A stretch of DNA of 52,681 bases from Ignavibacteria bacterium (GCA_025451455.1 JANWKI010000047.1:1-52681); one strand, 5' to 3'. Shown: positions 9,242 to 19,587, counted from the first letter of the stretch. A program made the numbers and translations. The notes: generated by a model not told the origin, from the letters alone.

Positions 9242-12019
9242 ATGAAGAGCATATTACTAATAATTTTTTTATTATTCTCCTTTGCTGTAAATGTTTATTC
9301 TCAGGACGGTAAAATAGTAGGCAAGATCTATGACGGTTCAAGCGGAAGCACACTTCCTGACGCAGTTGTGAAGATTGAAAATGTAACAAAGGGAGCTGCA
9401 TCCGATATGGACGGAAGATATGTGCTGGAGAACGTAAAGGCCGGTGAACATACCATAAAAGCATCTTACGTGGGTTATGTGTCTCAGTCAATGAGCGTGA
9501 AGGTGAAACCCGGCGAAGTAGTAACTGCAGATGTAGTTTTACAGCCGGAAGGAGCAACGACTGACACTGTAACTATCGAGGCTACAAGAATACAAAACAA
9601 TGAAGCTTCAATGCTGCTGCTGCAGAAAAATGCGGATAATATCCGTGATGGAATTTCAAGCCAGCAGATAAAAAGAACTTCCGATGCAACAAGCTCTGAT
9701 GTTCTGAAAAGAATAGTGGGCGTATCGATAGTAGATAATAAATTCGTATTTGTAAGAGGAACAAATGAAAGATACAGCGCCACAACACTGAACGGAGTTG
9801 TTATGCCAAGCACTGACCCGGATAAGAAAGCATTTTCTTTTGATCTTTTTCCCTCGAACCTTCTTGATAATATTGTTATTTCAAAATCTTATACCCCTGA
9901 TCTTATAGGTAATTTCTCAGGGGGTTTGGTACAGGTTACTACAAAGGATTTTCCCGAACAGTTTTCCTTTAGCCTCAATATGTCAACTTCGTATAATAAC
10001 ATAACAACCGGAGATAATTTTTTGACATATAATGCCGGTGAAACAAAAATTCTTTTTTTCAATTCAGGCAGAGATGATGGTTCAAGGCAGCTTCCGGAAA
10101 TTATCCCTGACCAGACAGTCCTGTCATCAAATTACAATGTTCAGGAGCTAAAGAGCTTCAGCAGGTCTTTTACGAATAACTGGAAAATGGAGAATTCAAC
10201 TGCCCCTGTTAACGGAGGGTTCCAGTTATCTCTCGGAAATAATTATTTGCTTGGCAGATCAAACAGCCTTGGATTCTTTGCTGCTTACACTTACACTAAT
10301 AACTTTAATTCAAAACAGATCGATAGACAAAGCTATTCGGCTGATGACCTCTTAGAATCTAAATATTCCGGTTCTCAGTCAGAATATGCAGTATTACATG
10401 GCGGCTTGCTTAATTTAAGCTTCAGGGCAGGGGAAAATAACAAATTCAGCTTCAAAAATACTTATGTATTTAACTCTGAAGATGAAACTGATTTCAATGA
10501 GGGCTATTATAGTCCTCAAACCCAGGATAGATTGCTGTATTCTACAAAGTTTGTTGAAAGGGATATGCTTTCTTCACAGCTCTCCGGTGAACACTATATC
10601 AGCAATCTTGGAAAATTAAGAATAACATGGCGTGGTGCATATTCTGAATCCGATAGAGATGAACCCGATTATAAGACTTTAAGGTACCAGAGAGATCAAG
10701 GAACCACAGGGAGGTATTTTGCATCGCTTAGTACGGGCGAACCAAACTCGGTTGGCGGGGGCAGATTTTATTCCAATTTGAAAGATTTTAACCGCTCATT
10801 AGAATCAAATTTCGAATTTGCATTCAAGCCAGGCAAGAAAATTGAGGCGAAATCGAAATTCGGTGTATTTTATAATAAAAGCACTAGGGATTTTTCGGCA
10901 AGGCTCTTTGGTCCCAAAATTGTTGATGCGAACAATTTCTTGTTGATATATCAGTCACCCGACTCTTTATTCAGGCAGGAGAATATCGATACGAACCTGA
11001 TACTATACTACGAGATAACAAGACCCTCTGATACATATACTGCAAGCGAAGAACTTTCTGCAGGTTACTTAATGTTTGATATCCCGATTGGAAGGATAAG
11101 AACGGTGATTGGAGCCAGACTTGAATCTGATAACAACCGGCTTAATTCAATTGACCAGATAGGGGAGCCTATAAACAGGAATATCAACAAGAATAATGTT
11201 TTACCTTCGTTAAACCTCACTTATTCACTGAATGAACAGGTAAACCTCAGGGCAGGCTATTATCAGTCTGTTTCCCGGCCTGAATTCAGGGAAATTGCGC
11301 CGTTTAGTTTTTATGATTTTGCCGAACAAACATTTACGATCGGTAACCCGGAGATCGAAAGTAATCTCATAAGAAATTACGACCTGAGATTTGAGTATTT
11401 CCCCCAGGCAGGAGAAATACTTTCCTTAAGCCTCTTCTATAAGAAATTTGATTCACCAATCGAAGAAGTATTTATACCTAATTCAGGCGGAGATAACAGG
11501 GTCAAAACATTTCAGAATGCAAAGAGCGGAGCAACTAATTACGGGGTTGAACTCGAGCTCAGAAAGAACCTGTCATTTATAGGAAAAGTATTCAGTGATT
11601 TTTCATTGAACGCAAATGTTTCATTAATAAATTCTACAGTTGATCTTACCGGGCTGGGCACCAGTGCAACAAACCTTGAAAGAAGAATGCAGGGCCAGTC
11701 TCCATTCACAATAAACACAGGCCTGTACTACGATAATCCGAATATAGGAACAAGCGTAAATTTGTCCTATAACCGCTTCGGGAAAAGGATCTCGGAAGTC
11801 GGGCTGGATGGTCTTTCTGATATAGAAGAAAACGGAAGGGATGTTTTGGATCTTTCTGTCATACAGAGGTTATTTAAGAATTTTGAAATTAAGTTAAGCA
11901 TTAAAGACCTGCTTTCTCAGGATTTTCTGTTCACACAAAAAGTTAACGGAAAAGATGAAATGTTCAAAAAAATTGATGCCGGAACTGCTTTTGCTCTCAG
12001 TCTTTCATTCAAATATTAA
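9242..12019 (+). CDS. TonB-dependent receptor with N-terminal CarboxypepD_reg-like domain
   Basis: The track ORF starts at TTG 9176, but ATG 9242 (MKSILLIIFLLFSFAVNVYSQ) gives a clean signal peptide. GKIVGKIYD..DAVVKIEN..DMDGRYVLENVKAGEHTIKASYVGY is a CarboxypepD_reg domain. A plug region (..FVFVRGTNERYSATTLNGV..) and a long beta-barrel ending ..ALSLSFKY follow. Confidence 0.9.
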   Translation: MKSILLIIFLLFSFAVNVYSQDGKIVGKIYDGSSGSTLPDAVVKIENVTKGAASDMDGRYVLENVKAGEHTIKASYVGYVSQSMSVKVKPGEVVTADVVLQPEGATTDTVTIEATRIQNNEASMLLLQKNADNIRDGISSQQIKRTSDATSSDVLKRIVGVSIVDNKFVFVRGTNERYSATTLNGVVMPSTDPDKKAFSFDLFPSNLLDNIVISKSYTPDLIGNFSGGLVQVTTKDFPEQFSFSLNMSTSYNNITTGDNFLTYNAGETKILFFNSGRDDGSRQLPEIIPDQTVLSSNYNVQELKSFSRSFTNNWKMENSTAPVNGGFQLSLGNNYLLGRSNSLGFFAAYTYTNNFNSKQIDRQSYSADDLLESKYSGSQSEYAVLHGGLLNLSFRAGENNKFSFKNTYVFNSEDETDFNEGYYSPQTQDRLLYSTKFVERDMLSSQLSGEHYISNLGKLRITWRGAYSESDRDEPDYKTLRYQRDQGTTGRYFASLSTGEPNSVGGGRFYSNLKDFNRSLESNFEFAFKPGKKIEAKSKFGVFYNKSTRDFSARLFGPKIVDANNFLLIYQSPDSLFRQENIDTNLILYYEITRPSDTYTASEELSAGYLMFDIPIGRIRTVIGARLESDNNRLNSIDQIGEPINRNINKNNVLPSLNLTYSLNEQVNLRAGYYQSVSRPEFREIAPFSFYDFAEQTFTIGNPEIESNLIRNYDLRFEYFPQAGEILSLSLFYKKFDSPIEEVFIPNSGGDNRVKTFQNAKSGATNYGVELELRKNLSFIGKVFSDFSLNANVSLINSTVDLTGLGTSATNLERRMQGQSPFTINTGLYYDNPNIGTSVNLSYNRFGKRISEVGLDGLSDIEENGRDVLDLSVIQRLFKNFEIKLSIKDLLSQDFLFTQKVNGKDEMFKKIDAGTAFALSLSFKY

Positions 12020-12041
12020 GATTTAGTTAAATGTAAATTCA

Positions 12042-12074
12042 AAATCCCGCTCATAATGCGGGATTTTTATTTTC
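12042..12074 (+). terminator. Intrinsic terminator after the TonB-dependent receptor
   Basis: AAATCCCGC...GCGGGATTT stem followed by TTATTTTC. Confidence 0.75.
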
Positions 12075-12135
12075 CGGCAACAACAATCTCATAATACATT
12101 AACATTTCCTTATCAATGGTCTAACACTATTGCAT

Positions 12136-12143
12136 TAAATTTG
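12136..12143 (+). promoter_or_regulatory. TAnnTTTG (Bacteroidota-type -7 box-like) motif upstream of 12178
   Basis: TAAATTTG lies 34 nt before ATG 12178. Confidence 0.3.
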
Positions 12144-12177
12144 TTAACTAATCATTCTAAAATCATTAATACAAATC

Positions 12178-13848
12178 ATGAAAGGAAGAACAATGTATAA
12201 ACAATTTCTGCTTGCAATTACGGCAGTACTGTTAATGTGGTCTTCGGTATTTTCAGCCGCATGGACAGATACTTTACAGGGAAACATTACTACAACAGTC
12301 ACGCTTCAAAACACAAAAAGATACCTGATGCTGGGAACAATTTTTGTTAAGCCGGGAGGCGACCTAGTGATTCCCGCTGGTACGGTGCTTTTTGGAGATA
12401 AGCCATCAAAAGCAGCAATAGTTGTTGAAAGGGGCGGTTTGATACATGCTAACGGTTCAGCAGGAGCGCCGGTCATATTTACAAGCTCCCAGAATATCGG
12501 AAACAAAAGCGCCGGAGACTGGGGCGGGATCATTTTACTTGGCAAGGCTAGAATAAACACGGCATCGGGCGCTGATACAGCCGTAATAGAAGGTATTACT
12601 CCCGCTGTTTATTTCGGAGGACAAAATGATGCAGATAACTCCGGCGTAATGAGATACTGCAGGATTGAATATTCAGGTATTGCACTCTCTCCAAACAATG
12701 AAATCAACGGTTTAACAATGGGCGGAGTTGGTTCCGGTACTGTTATTGAATATATCCAGGTAAGCTGGAACGGCGATGATTCATTTGAATGGTTTGGAGG
12801 AACAGTGAATTGCAAATATTTGGTTTCTTACATTCCTGTTGACGATGAATTGGATACTGATTTTGGCTTCAGAGGCAAAATTCAATTCGTTTTGGCGGTC
12901 AGAAAACCCTCAGTTGCAGATATCAGCGGCTCAACATGTATGGAGTCAGATAATAACAATGGTCCAAATTACAATAGCCCAAGAACACAGCCTCATATTT
13001 CCAATGTTACTTCAATCGGGCCGAAGCAATACGATACCAGTGTTGTGAACCCAAACTTCACAAGGGGTGCGCATATCAGAAGAAATACGCTTGCAAGCTT
13101 TTATAATAGTGTAATTATGGGGTGGCCTCAAGGCATTCTATACGATGGAACTGGAGTTCATTGCGCTATTCAAAATGATTCTTCAAGAGTAAAAGCAAAC
13201 ATATTCGCAGGATGCTATACAGGTTTCAGTGCTGTGCCAACACCTACAGGCTGCGGATTTGATGCAACTGCTTATACTACCGCAAACAACACTATTTTAC
13301 CAACGACGGTTGCTGCAATGTTGAGCAATCCTTATGGTAATGTGTCAACAGGCAGCTATTCAACTGGAAATTTCTATCCTTCGGCAGGTTCACCTGCTTT
13401 ATCAGGTGCTAATTTTACATATCCCGGGATAAACGATCCGTGGTTTACTGTAACAACTTACAGAGGAGCGTTTGACCAGAACAGCACCTGGGCAAACGGA
13501 TGGACGAATTTCAGGCCGGATTCGGTAGATTATTCTATAATAGGCATTGAGCCGATCAGCAATATTGTTCCGAAGCAGTATAGTCTGCAGCAGAATTACC
13601 CGAATCCTTTTAACCCGACAACAAATATTAAGTTTGATGTTGCCCAGACGGGATTTGCTAAGCTTGCAGTATTTGATGTTTTAGGAAGAGAAGTAACTAC
13701 AATAGTAAGCGAAATCTTAAGATCAGGCCAGTACCAGGTAAGCTACAATGCATCTAATTTACCTAGCGGTGTTTACTTCTATCGTTTAACGGTCACAAAT
13801 GAGAGTACAACATGGTCAGCAACTAAAAAACTGATGCTGGTAAAATAA
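12178..13848 (+). CDS. Uncharacterized secreted protein with T9SS C-terminal sorting domain, partner of the upstream TonB-dependent receptor
   Basis: Signal peptide; the start may be ATG 12193 (MYKQF..). Conserved-looking motifs DWGGIILLG, DDSFEWFGG, DDELDTDFGFRG. C-terminus SLQQNYPNPFNPTTNIKFDV...GVYFYRL...KKLMLVK. Confidence 0.8.
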   Translation: MKGRTMYKQFLLAITAVLLMWSSVFSAAWTDTLQGNITTTVTLQNTKRYLMLGTIFVKPGGDLVIPAGTVLFGDKPSKAAIVVERGGLIHANGSAGAPVIFTSSQNIGNKSAGDWGGIILLGKARINTASGADTAVIEGITPAVYFGGQNDADNSGVMRYCRIEYSGIALSPNNEINGLTMGGVGSGTVIEYIQVSWNGDDSFEWFGGTVNCKYLVSYIPVDDELDTDFGFRGKIQFVLAVRKPSVADISGSTCMESDNNNGPNYNSPRTQPHISNVTSIGPKQYDTSVVNPNFTRGAHIRRNTLASFYNSVIMGWPQGILYDGTGVHCAIQNDSSRVKANIFAGCYTGFSAVPTPTGCGFDATAYTTANNTILPTTVAAMLSNPYGNVSTGSYSTGNFYPSAGSPALSGANFTYPGINDPWFTVTTYRGAFDQNSTWANGWTNFRPDSVDYSIIGIEPISNIVPKQYSLQQNYPNPFNPTTNIKFDVAQTGFAKLAVFDVLGREVTTIVSEILRSGQYQVSYNASNLPSGVYFYRLTVTNESTTWSATKKLMLVK

Positions 13849-13872
13849 CTGATTTCTTCATTATCTTTTCTT

Positions 13873-13905
13873 AAAAAACCCCGTAAAATCGGGGTTTTTT
13901 CTTTT
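13873..13905 (+). terminator. Intrinsic terminator after 12178-13848
   Basis: AAAAAACCCCG-TAAAAT-CGGGGTTTTTT followed by CTTTT. Confidence 0.8.
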
Positions 13906-14021
13906 AACCAGCTTGTAACTAATATATAATTGTCCCGAAATTTACACGGGTTAATTTTGTATTGTTAAGTTATTCCGGTCGTTCTAACTTAGAATATTAA
14001 TTACAAGAAAGGATTTTAGCT

Positions 14022-14450
14022 ATGAAAGTTTTCAATCAGGCAGCAATGAAATTTATTTTTATTTGCTTATTATGCTGCTTTAATTTTTTGTTTGCTCAAA
14101 ATTTCCACCTGGTATCGCAATATGATGTTAATAATTATGATCAAGGTATCAAAGTAAATCCGGCGGATGTTGTTGAGGTTGCTCCTGTATGCACAAACCT
14201 TGGGCAGGTGAAAAGCTCGGTGAAATACCCTGAAAATGCCGTTGAGACAGGCCTGGAGGGCAATGTAACCGTTAAAGTTCTGGTTGGTCCGGTGGGAGAT
14301 GTACTGAAAATCAGTTCTGTTTCAGGACCTGATGCATTCCATAAAGAGGTCAGGGATAAAGCAAAAAAACTGAAATTTTTACCGGCATTAGAGAATAATA
14401 AGCCTGTAAAAGTATGGGTTACAGTCCGCTTCAGTTTCAGGCTCAAATAG
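14022..14450 (+). CDS. Short TonB C-terminal-domain protein
   Basis: N-terminal hydrophobic anchor. C-terminal ..YPENAVETGLEGNVTVKVLVGPVGDVLKISSVSGPDAFHKEVRDKAKKLKFLPALENNKPVKVWVTVRFSFRL matches the TonB_C pattern. No Pro-rich linker. Confidence 0.7.
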   Translation: MKVFNQAAMKFIFICLLCCFNFLFAQNFHLVSQYDVNNYDQGIKVNPADVVEVAPVCTNLGQVKSSVKYPENAVETGLEGNVTVKVLVGPVGDVLKISSVSGPDAFHKEVRDKAKKLKFLPALENNKPVKVWVTVRFSFRLK

Positions 14451-14619
14451 CAGTATACTCCTCCAATTAAGATCATAAATATATGGAACAATAATTTTGT
14501 TTAAGTTTTTTTGCCTGTACATGGCAACATTCGAATTCTGATAAATTCGTGCCGAGAATATGCCCTGAATGCCAATGAAGGAAAAAATGGTGAAATTTTA
14601 CCATATTTATAATTTTTAG

Positions 14620-14648
14620 AACCCCGTGAATTCGGGGTTTTTAATTTG
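14620..14648 (+). terminator. Intrinsic terminator about 170 nt downstream of the nearest stop codon
   Basis: AACCCCG-TGAATT-CGGGGTT followed by TTTAATTT. Confidence 0.7.
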
Positions 14649-14760
14649 CTGTTTTAACGCTCTTTAAATTTGATTTTCTATAAATTTTCTCGTAATTTCG
14701 TACTTATGGAGATATAAATATCAACACGTATATTTAAATAACTTAAGGGGAGAAAAACAA

Positions 14761-15621
14761 ATGAAATTCACAAAGTTTACAATTCTGATTCTTTTGTTCT
14801 CGTTCTTGGCTGTAAATACCCTGGACTCTCAGGTAAAGACAAAATCCAAGAATTGGAAATCACCGACTTTTACTATTGATATAGTTGGATCATATGCGAT
14901 ACCGCTTCAGGAATCCAAAGGTGCCACTATCGGAGAGTTCTTTACTTTTGAGAATTACGGAATGAAATTCGGGTGGGGCGGCGGTTTTAATTTCAAATTT
15001 GGGCTCGGACCTCAGGGACAGTACAGACCTACAGTAACATTAGGATACACACAACTGCAAAACAAAGATGATGCATTTGCTTATATTAATACCAACTTTA
15101 TTGATAACGGATATCCGCTGGAAAATAACCAGCTTTATACACCTGTATCAGGCGGAACTTCTGAAATATTTTTAAGAATTCCGTACTTTGGAGCAGGGTT
15201 TGAATATGCAGTTACAGGGGTTGACAAGAAGAAGAGAGCATGGTATCCGTTCTTCGGAGTTGAGTTCCTCATGTCAGTTATTGCCGGAACTTACAGGCAG
15301 ACTTTGCCAACCAGCGTTGCAGGTATACCGGCAGGCGAAGAAGTATCTTTTACAGTAAAAAGTGATGTCAGACTTGGCATCGGTGGCGGATTAGGAGCTG
15401 CTTTCAGATTCGGCAAATATGCAGGTATTACTTTTGGCGGAAAATATAAAATTGCCAATTTAATCGGGAAAAAATCTGACTTTTTACGCGAAGAGAACAA
15501 AATGAATTTGCTTGATAAGGCTGCAACAGACCTGAATTCACATCTTTCCAAAGACAGAAACATGGGATTTATCGAGCTATATCTTGGAGCAACAATATAT
15601 CTGGGTAAAACTAAAAAATAA
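14761..15621 (+). CDS. Hypothetical outer-membrane beta-barrel-like protein
   Basis: Signal peptide. Gly/aromatic-rich alternating segments. RBS-like AAGGGGAG upstream. An intrinsic terminator follows. Confidence 0.6.
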   Translation: MKFTKFTILILLFSFLAVNTLDSQVKTKSKNWKSPTFTIDIVGSYAIPLQESKGATIGEFFTFENYGMKFGWGGGFNFKFGLGPQGQYRPTVTLGYTQLQNKDDAFAYINTNFIDNGYPLENNQLYTPVSGGTSEIFLRIPYFGAGFEYAVTGVDKKKRAWYPFFGVEFLMSVIAGTYRQTLPTSVAGIPAGEEVSFTVKSDVRLGIGGGLGAAFRFGKYAGITFGGKYKIANLIGKKSDFLREENKMNLLDKAATDLNSHLSKDRNMGFIELYLGATIYLGKTKK

Positions 15622-15644
15622 GATAAATTAATAGAATTTGTATT

Positions 15645-16904
15645 TCAAACCCCGCTATTTAAAGCGGGGTTTTTATTTTCTTCCGTTACTTTGCCCAATA
15701 AAAAATACCCTGCAATAAAAAATATAAGAATTGATACTACTGCATATCTTTGATTACCTGTTAGCCACGAAACTAGCCCGAAAGTTAAAGGACCCAGTAT
15801 TGTTGAGGTTTTTTCGAAAAGGCTGTAGAACCCGAAGAATTCGGTTTTCTTTTCATCCGGAGTCAGTTTTCCCATGAAACTTCTTGAAAGAGCCTGAGAA
15901 GAACCAAGAAAGATTCCGGCAAATGCACCAATTATCAGGAATGTTGTTTTAGTATCCGCAAAAAAAACAAGAAGAGTTAAAACCGACCAGCATAAAATTA
16001 TAAACGAAATGGTTCTTTTTGTGCCTGTTTTATCTGCTATCCACCCAAAGAGAAATGAACCGGCCAGCGCAGTTACCTGCACAATAACAAAAAACATTAT
16101 TAACTCAGGGATCTCAAAATTCAATGTGGTCTGGGCGTAATTTGCAGAGAAAAATATTATTGTATTTACGCCGTCAATATAAAGGAAATAGGAAAGCAAA
16201 AAAAACTTTAAATTTCTGTACTGGTTAATATGCTTCAGGGTTTCAGCTGTTCTTTTGAGCCCGATAACCAGAAAATTCGGGTTATTTGCCTCACCGGTTC
16301 TGTCTGTTTTTTTTTCTTTTACAAAAAAGAACATCGGGAGCGAGAAGACAAAGAACATCCCGGCACAGGCCAGGAACGTTAGTCTTGGTGAATCCTGTAA
16401 AACAATTACGGCAGCCAGTGAAGCAAGAGAGCCAAGATAACCAACAGCATAACCAAGTGAAGATACCCTGTTGTAGTTCCCTGGTTCTGATATTTCTTTT
16501 ATAAAAGCATCATAGAAACCAAGACCTGCCTGGAAACCGATGTTTGCTATAATGAAAAGGAACATTCCCCACATAACTTTTCCTTCGGTAACAAAATAAA
16601 GCAGGGCTGTTGCAGTTATGCAGAGGAAAGTAAAAAATATTAAATATTTCTTTTTGCTGCTGTAATAATCAGAGGCAGCGCCCAGAACAGGGCTTAAGAA
16701 TGCAACTACCAGCATTGAAATATTTATCGATGCAGACCAGTAAAGATCTGCAACCGGCTCATTGCCGGCAACCACCTTTTTGAAATAGATCGCATAAACA
16801 AATGCAACAACGATAGTTGCAAATGTAGAATTTGCAAAATCGAATAAAGACCAGTTAAAAACCTGTTTAGAAAACCAACTGTTTACTTTTGTTTCTTTTG
16901 CCAT
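15645..16904 (-). CDS. MFS transporter (UMF1/Atg22-like family)
   Basis: About 12 hydrophobic segments. N-terminal WSLFDFANSTFATIV motif is typical of the UMF1/Atg22-like MFS group. Confidence 0.85.
   Translation of the reverse strand: MAKETKVNSWFSKQVFNWSLFDFANSTFATIVVAFVYAIYFKKVVAGNEPVADLYWSASINISMLVVAFLSPVLGAASDYYSSKKKYLIFFTFLCITATALLYFVTEGKVMWGMFLFIIANIGFQAGLGFYDAFIKEISEPGNYNRVSSLGYAVGYLGSLASLAAVIVLQDSPRLTFLACAGMFFVFSLPMFFFVKEKKTDRTGEANNPNFLVIGLKRTAETLKHINQYRNLKFFLLSYFLYIDGVNTIIFFSANYAQTTLNFEIPELIMFFVIVQVTALAGSFLFGWIADKTGTKRTISFIILCWSVLTLLVFFADTKTTFLIIGAFAGIFLGSSQALSRSFMGKLTPDEKKTEFFGFYSLFEKTSTILGPLTFGLVSWLTGNQRYAVVSILIFFIAGYFLLGKVTEENKNPALNSGV
15647..15680 (+). terminator. Intrinsic terminator after 14761-15621 (overlaps the last codons of the convergent MFS gene)
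   Basis: AAACCCCGC...GCGGGGTTT stem followed by TTATTTTC. Confidence 0.75.
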
Positions 16905-16965
16905 TTAAAATTATTTTTTTGCAGTAGAAAGGGTGCAGGTTCAGGGTTGATACAGAATATTCATA

Positions 16966-17442
16966 TCAGACCGGTTTGGCCGAAGTATGCTTTCTTCCTC
17001 CAACCAGTCCTTTACCCCTTTTTATTATTTTATTTTCTTTATCAAGTTTTTCAAGTATTGCATCAAGTACTCCGTTCACAAATTTGCCTGAATTCCGAGT
17101 GCTGAAATCCTTTGCTATATCAATTGATTCATTAATTGATACTTTTGGAGGTATATCCTCAAAATGGAAAAACTCCGTAAGGCACATTTTAATTATTATA
17201 GAATCGATAAGAGCAATCCGTTCCATATCCCAGTTATCCACTATTTTAGTGATTATTTCTTCGTAGTATGAATCATTATCAATTGTTAACCTAATAAGCT
17301 CTTCACAGAATTTTCTGTCGTCTTTTTTATCCAGATCATCAAGCTGCTGAACTTTTATCTGGTCTATCGGGTCTTCAGTAAGCTTGAAGGCGTACAGCAC
17401 CTGCAATGCTTTTTCTCTTAAGTGACGTCTGGTTAATGACAT
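16966..17442 (-). CDS. nusB: Transcription antitermination factor NusB
   Basis: RRHLREKALQVLYAFKL.. N-terminus and ..DIAKDFSTRNSGKFVNGVLDAI.. are NusB signatures. Confidence 0.9.
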   Translation of the reverse strand: MSLTRRHLREKALQVLYAFKLTEDPIDQIKVQQLDDLDKKDDRKFCEELIRLTIDNDSYYEEIITKIVDNWDMERIALIDSIIIKMCLTEFFHFEDIPPKVSINESIDIAKDFSTRNSGKFVNGVLDAILEKLDKENKIIKRGKGLVGGRKHTSAKPV

Positions 17443-17456
17443 GTTACAAAGATAAT

Positions 17457-18542
17457 TTATCCAATTCCAAATAGCCAGAACAAAATCACAGCAAAACTTT
17501 CTTTAATGCAGAAATTAAAGGTTGATTCTGTGGATAAGGGTGTATCAGAGGCAACGGTATAAGCGTTTATGCCGAAAAATTTGCATATCTGCTTTGTCCT
17601 CAGTAAGTGGAAATTATCGCTGATTATAACGATTTCCTTCCAGTTATTCTTTTTGTAAAGGTTAGTATTGAGAAAATAGATCTGTTCCAGAGTTGAACTG
17701 GATTTATTCTCAACGAATACATTTCTTTCTTCGACCCCCTTTTTCAGGAGTTCCTTCTTTGAAACCTCAGCTTCAGTCATCTCTCCTGGTGCGCCGCCGC
17801 CCGTCAAAATTATCACTTTGATTATGCCAAATGAATACAATTCATATCCTTTGTTTATGCGCTCACGCAGTACAGGCGACGGCCTGTTTCCGCCCCAAAC
17901 TGCAGCTCCGAGGATCGTACCGGCATCCACTGTTTTTTTGTTATCAATGAGCAATTTATAGTCGTCTTTATAATTATATGCAAAGAAGAAAACAACGGCG
18001 TAACCTGTTAATAAAAGAAGTATTGTTATCCAGATACTTCTGAATATGTAGTATTTCATTAAGACCGAAAATGAAATCACACAAGCTGATATAGCAATAA
18101 AAAGATGAAGGACAGCAAAGGATGACAGGCTTATTGTCTGGATGCCTTTTTGAGAAAGAGAAACAAGATTCTCGTAGAATGATTCTCTTGGAATCCTGCC
18201 CAGCGAAAAAGCGAAAGTAATTAATATGATTGATACAACAGTAAGAATTACCAGCACTCTAAGGGCTGTTTTATTGACCCTGCCAAGCTGAAAGGAAATA
18301 TTAATTATAGCTATGATCGAAATTAAACATATTGTAACCCAAAACAGATTGCCGGTGTAAAGCAAATTGTAGCTCTTAACAAAGCCTGATAAAAAACTGC
18401 GCGATAGAGGTGATGGATATGAAGAGTTAAGCCAATACTTGTAAGCAGACATGACGAAAAGGATAAGAAATTCATATCCAACAAGCCATAAGACTACAAG
18501 TTTTGAGGAAGCAGAAGATTTTGATTTACTATTTACCTGCAC
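17457..18542 (-). CDS. Membrane protein with C-terminal DUF218/YdcF (ElyC/SanA-like) domain
   Basis: Multi-TM N-terminal half. C-terminal ..ILGAAVWGGNRPSPVLRERINKGYELY....ILTGGG..E.. pattern of DUF218. Confidence 0.8.
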   Translation of the reverse strand: MQVNSKSKSSASSKLVVLWLVGYEFLILFVMSAYKYWLNSSYPSPLSRSFLSGFVKSYNLLYTGNLFWVTICLISIIAIINISFQLGRVNKTALRVLVILTVVSIILITFAFSLGRIPRESFYENLVSLSQKGIQTISLSSFAVLHLFIAISACVISFSVLMKYYIFRSIWITILLLLTGYAVVFFFAYNYKDDYKLLIDNKKTVDAGTILGAAVWGGNRPSPVLRERINKGYELYSFGIIKVIILTGGGAPGEMTEAEVSKKELLKKGVEERNVFVENKSSSTLEQIYFLNTNLYKKNNWKEIVIISDNFHLLRTKQICKFFGINAYTVASDTPLSTESTFNFCIKESFAVILFWLFGIG

Positions 18543-18603
18543 TTTTCTGTAAGTCCAAAAATAAACGGCAAAATAATTATTTCACTGATCATTAATCTTT
18601 CAA

Positions 18604-19578
18604 TTACCATCCAAGCAGCCACCCGAATATTAACGGGGCAACTATTGTTGCGTCGCTTTCAACAATAAACTTCGGAGTATTAATATCAAGCTTGCCCCAG
18701 GTGATCTTTTCATTTGGCACCGCACCTGAATATGAACCATAGCTTGTTGTCGAGTCTGAAATCTGGCAGAAATAACTCCAGAAAGGAACGTCGTGCCAGC
18801 CTAAATCCTGGTACATCATTGGTACAACGCAAATAGGGAAATCACCTGCAATACCGCCGCCGATCTGAAAGAACCCGACTCCCTTGCCCGAAGAATTTTC
18901 CCTGTACCATTCACTCAGCCTGACCATATATTCAATCCCTGATTTCATGGTCGAGGGCTTCAGTTCTTTTTTAATGCAGTAGCTTGCAAATATATTACCC
19001 ATAGTTGAATCTTCCCATCCGGGGACGATTATAGGCAGGTTTTTTTCTGCAGCAGCTATCATCCATGAATTCTTCGGGTCAATTTCATAATATTGTTTTA
19101 AAACACCGCTTAAGATCATTTTGTACATAAATTCATGCGGGAAGTATCTTTCGCCCTTTGAGTCTGCGTCCTTCCATAGTTCATAGATATGCTTCTGCAG
19201 TCTCCGGAAAGCTTCTTCCTCGGGAATGCAGGTATCAGTCACCCTGTTCAGCCCCTTTTCCATCAGCGCCCATTCTTCTTTTGGTGTCAAATCACGGTAA
19301 TTTGGTACCCTTTTATAATGCGAATGAGCAACTAGATTCATTAAGTCCTCTTCCAGGTTTGCACCTGTGCAGGAAATGATCTGAACTTTATCCTGCCTTA
19401 TCATCTCTGCCAGTGAAATGCCAAGCTCTCCTGTACTCATTGCTCCAGCAAGAGTTATCATCATCTTGCCGCCTTCATTCATATGCACTTCGTATGCTTT
19501 TGCCGCATCCATCATAGCTGCTGAATTGAAGTGAAGATAATGCTTCTCCATAAATTGCGAAATCGGGCCTCTTGTCAT
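18604..19578 (-). CDS. Deoxyhypusine synthase family protein
   Basis: ..MMITLAGAMSTGELG.., ..IISCTGANLEEDL.., ..GGGIAGDFP.. resemble deoxyhypusine/homospermidine synthase-like proteins. Confidence 0.8.
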   Translation of the reverse strand: MTRGPISQFMEKHYLHFNSAAMMDAAKAYEVHMNEGGKMMITLAGAMSTGELGISLAEMIRQDKVQIISCTGANLEEDLMNLVAHSHYKRVPNYRDLTPKEEWALMEKGLNRVTDTCIPEEEAFRRLQKHIYELWKDADSKGERYFPHEFMYKMILSGVLKQYYEIDPKNSWMIAAAEKNLPIIVPGWEDSTMGNIFASYCIKKELKPSTMKSGIEYMVRLSEWYRENSSGKGVGFFQIGGGIAGDFPICVVPMMYQDLGWHDVPFWSYFCQISDSTTSYGSYSGAVPNEKITWGKLDINTPKFIVESDATIVAPLIFGWLLGW

Positions 19579-19587
19579 AAACTTATT

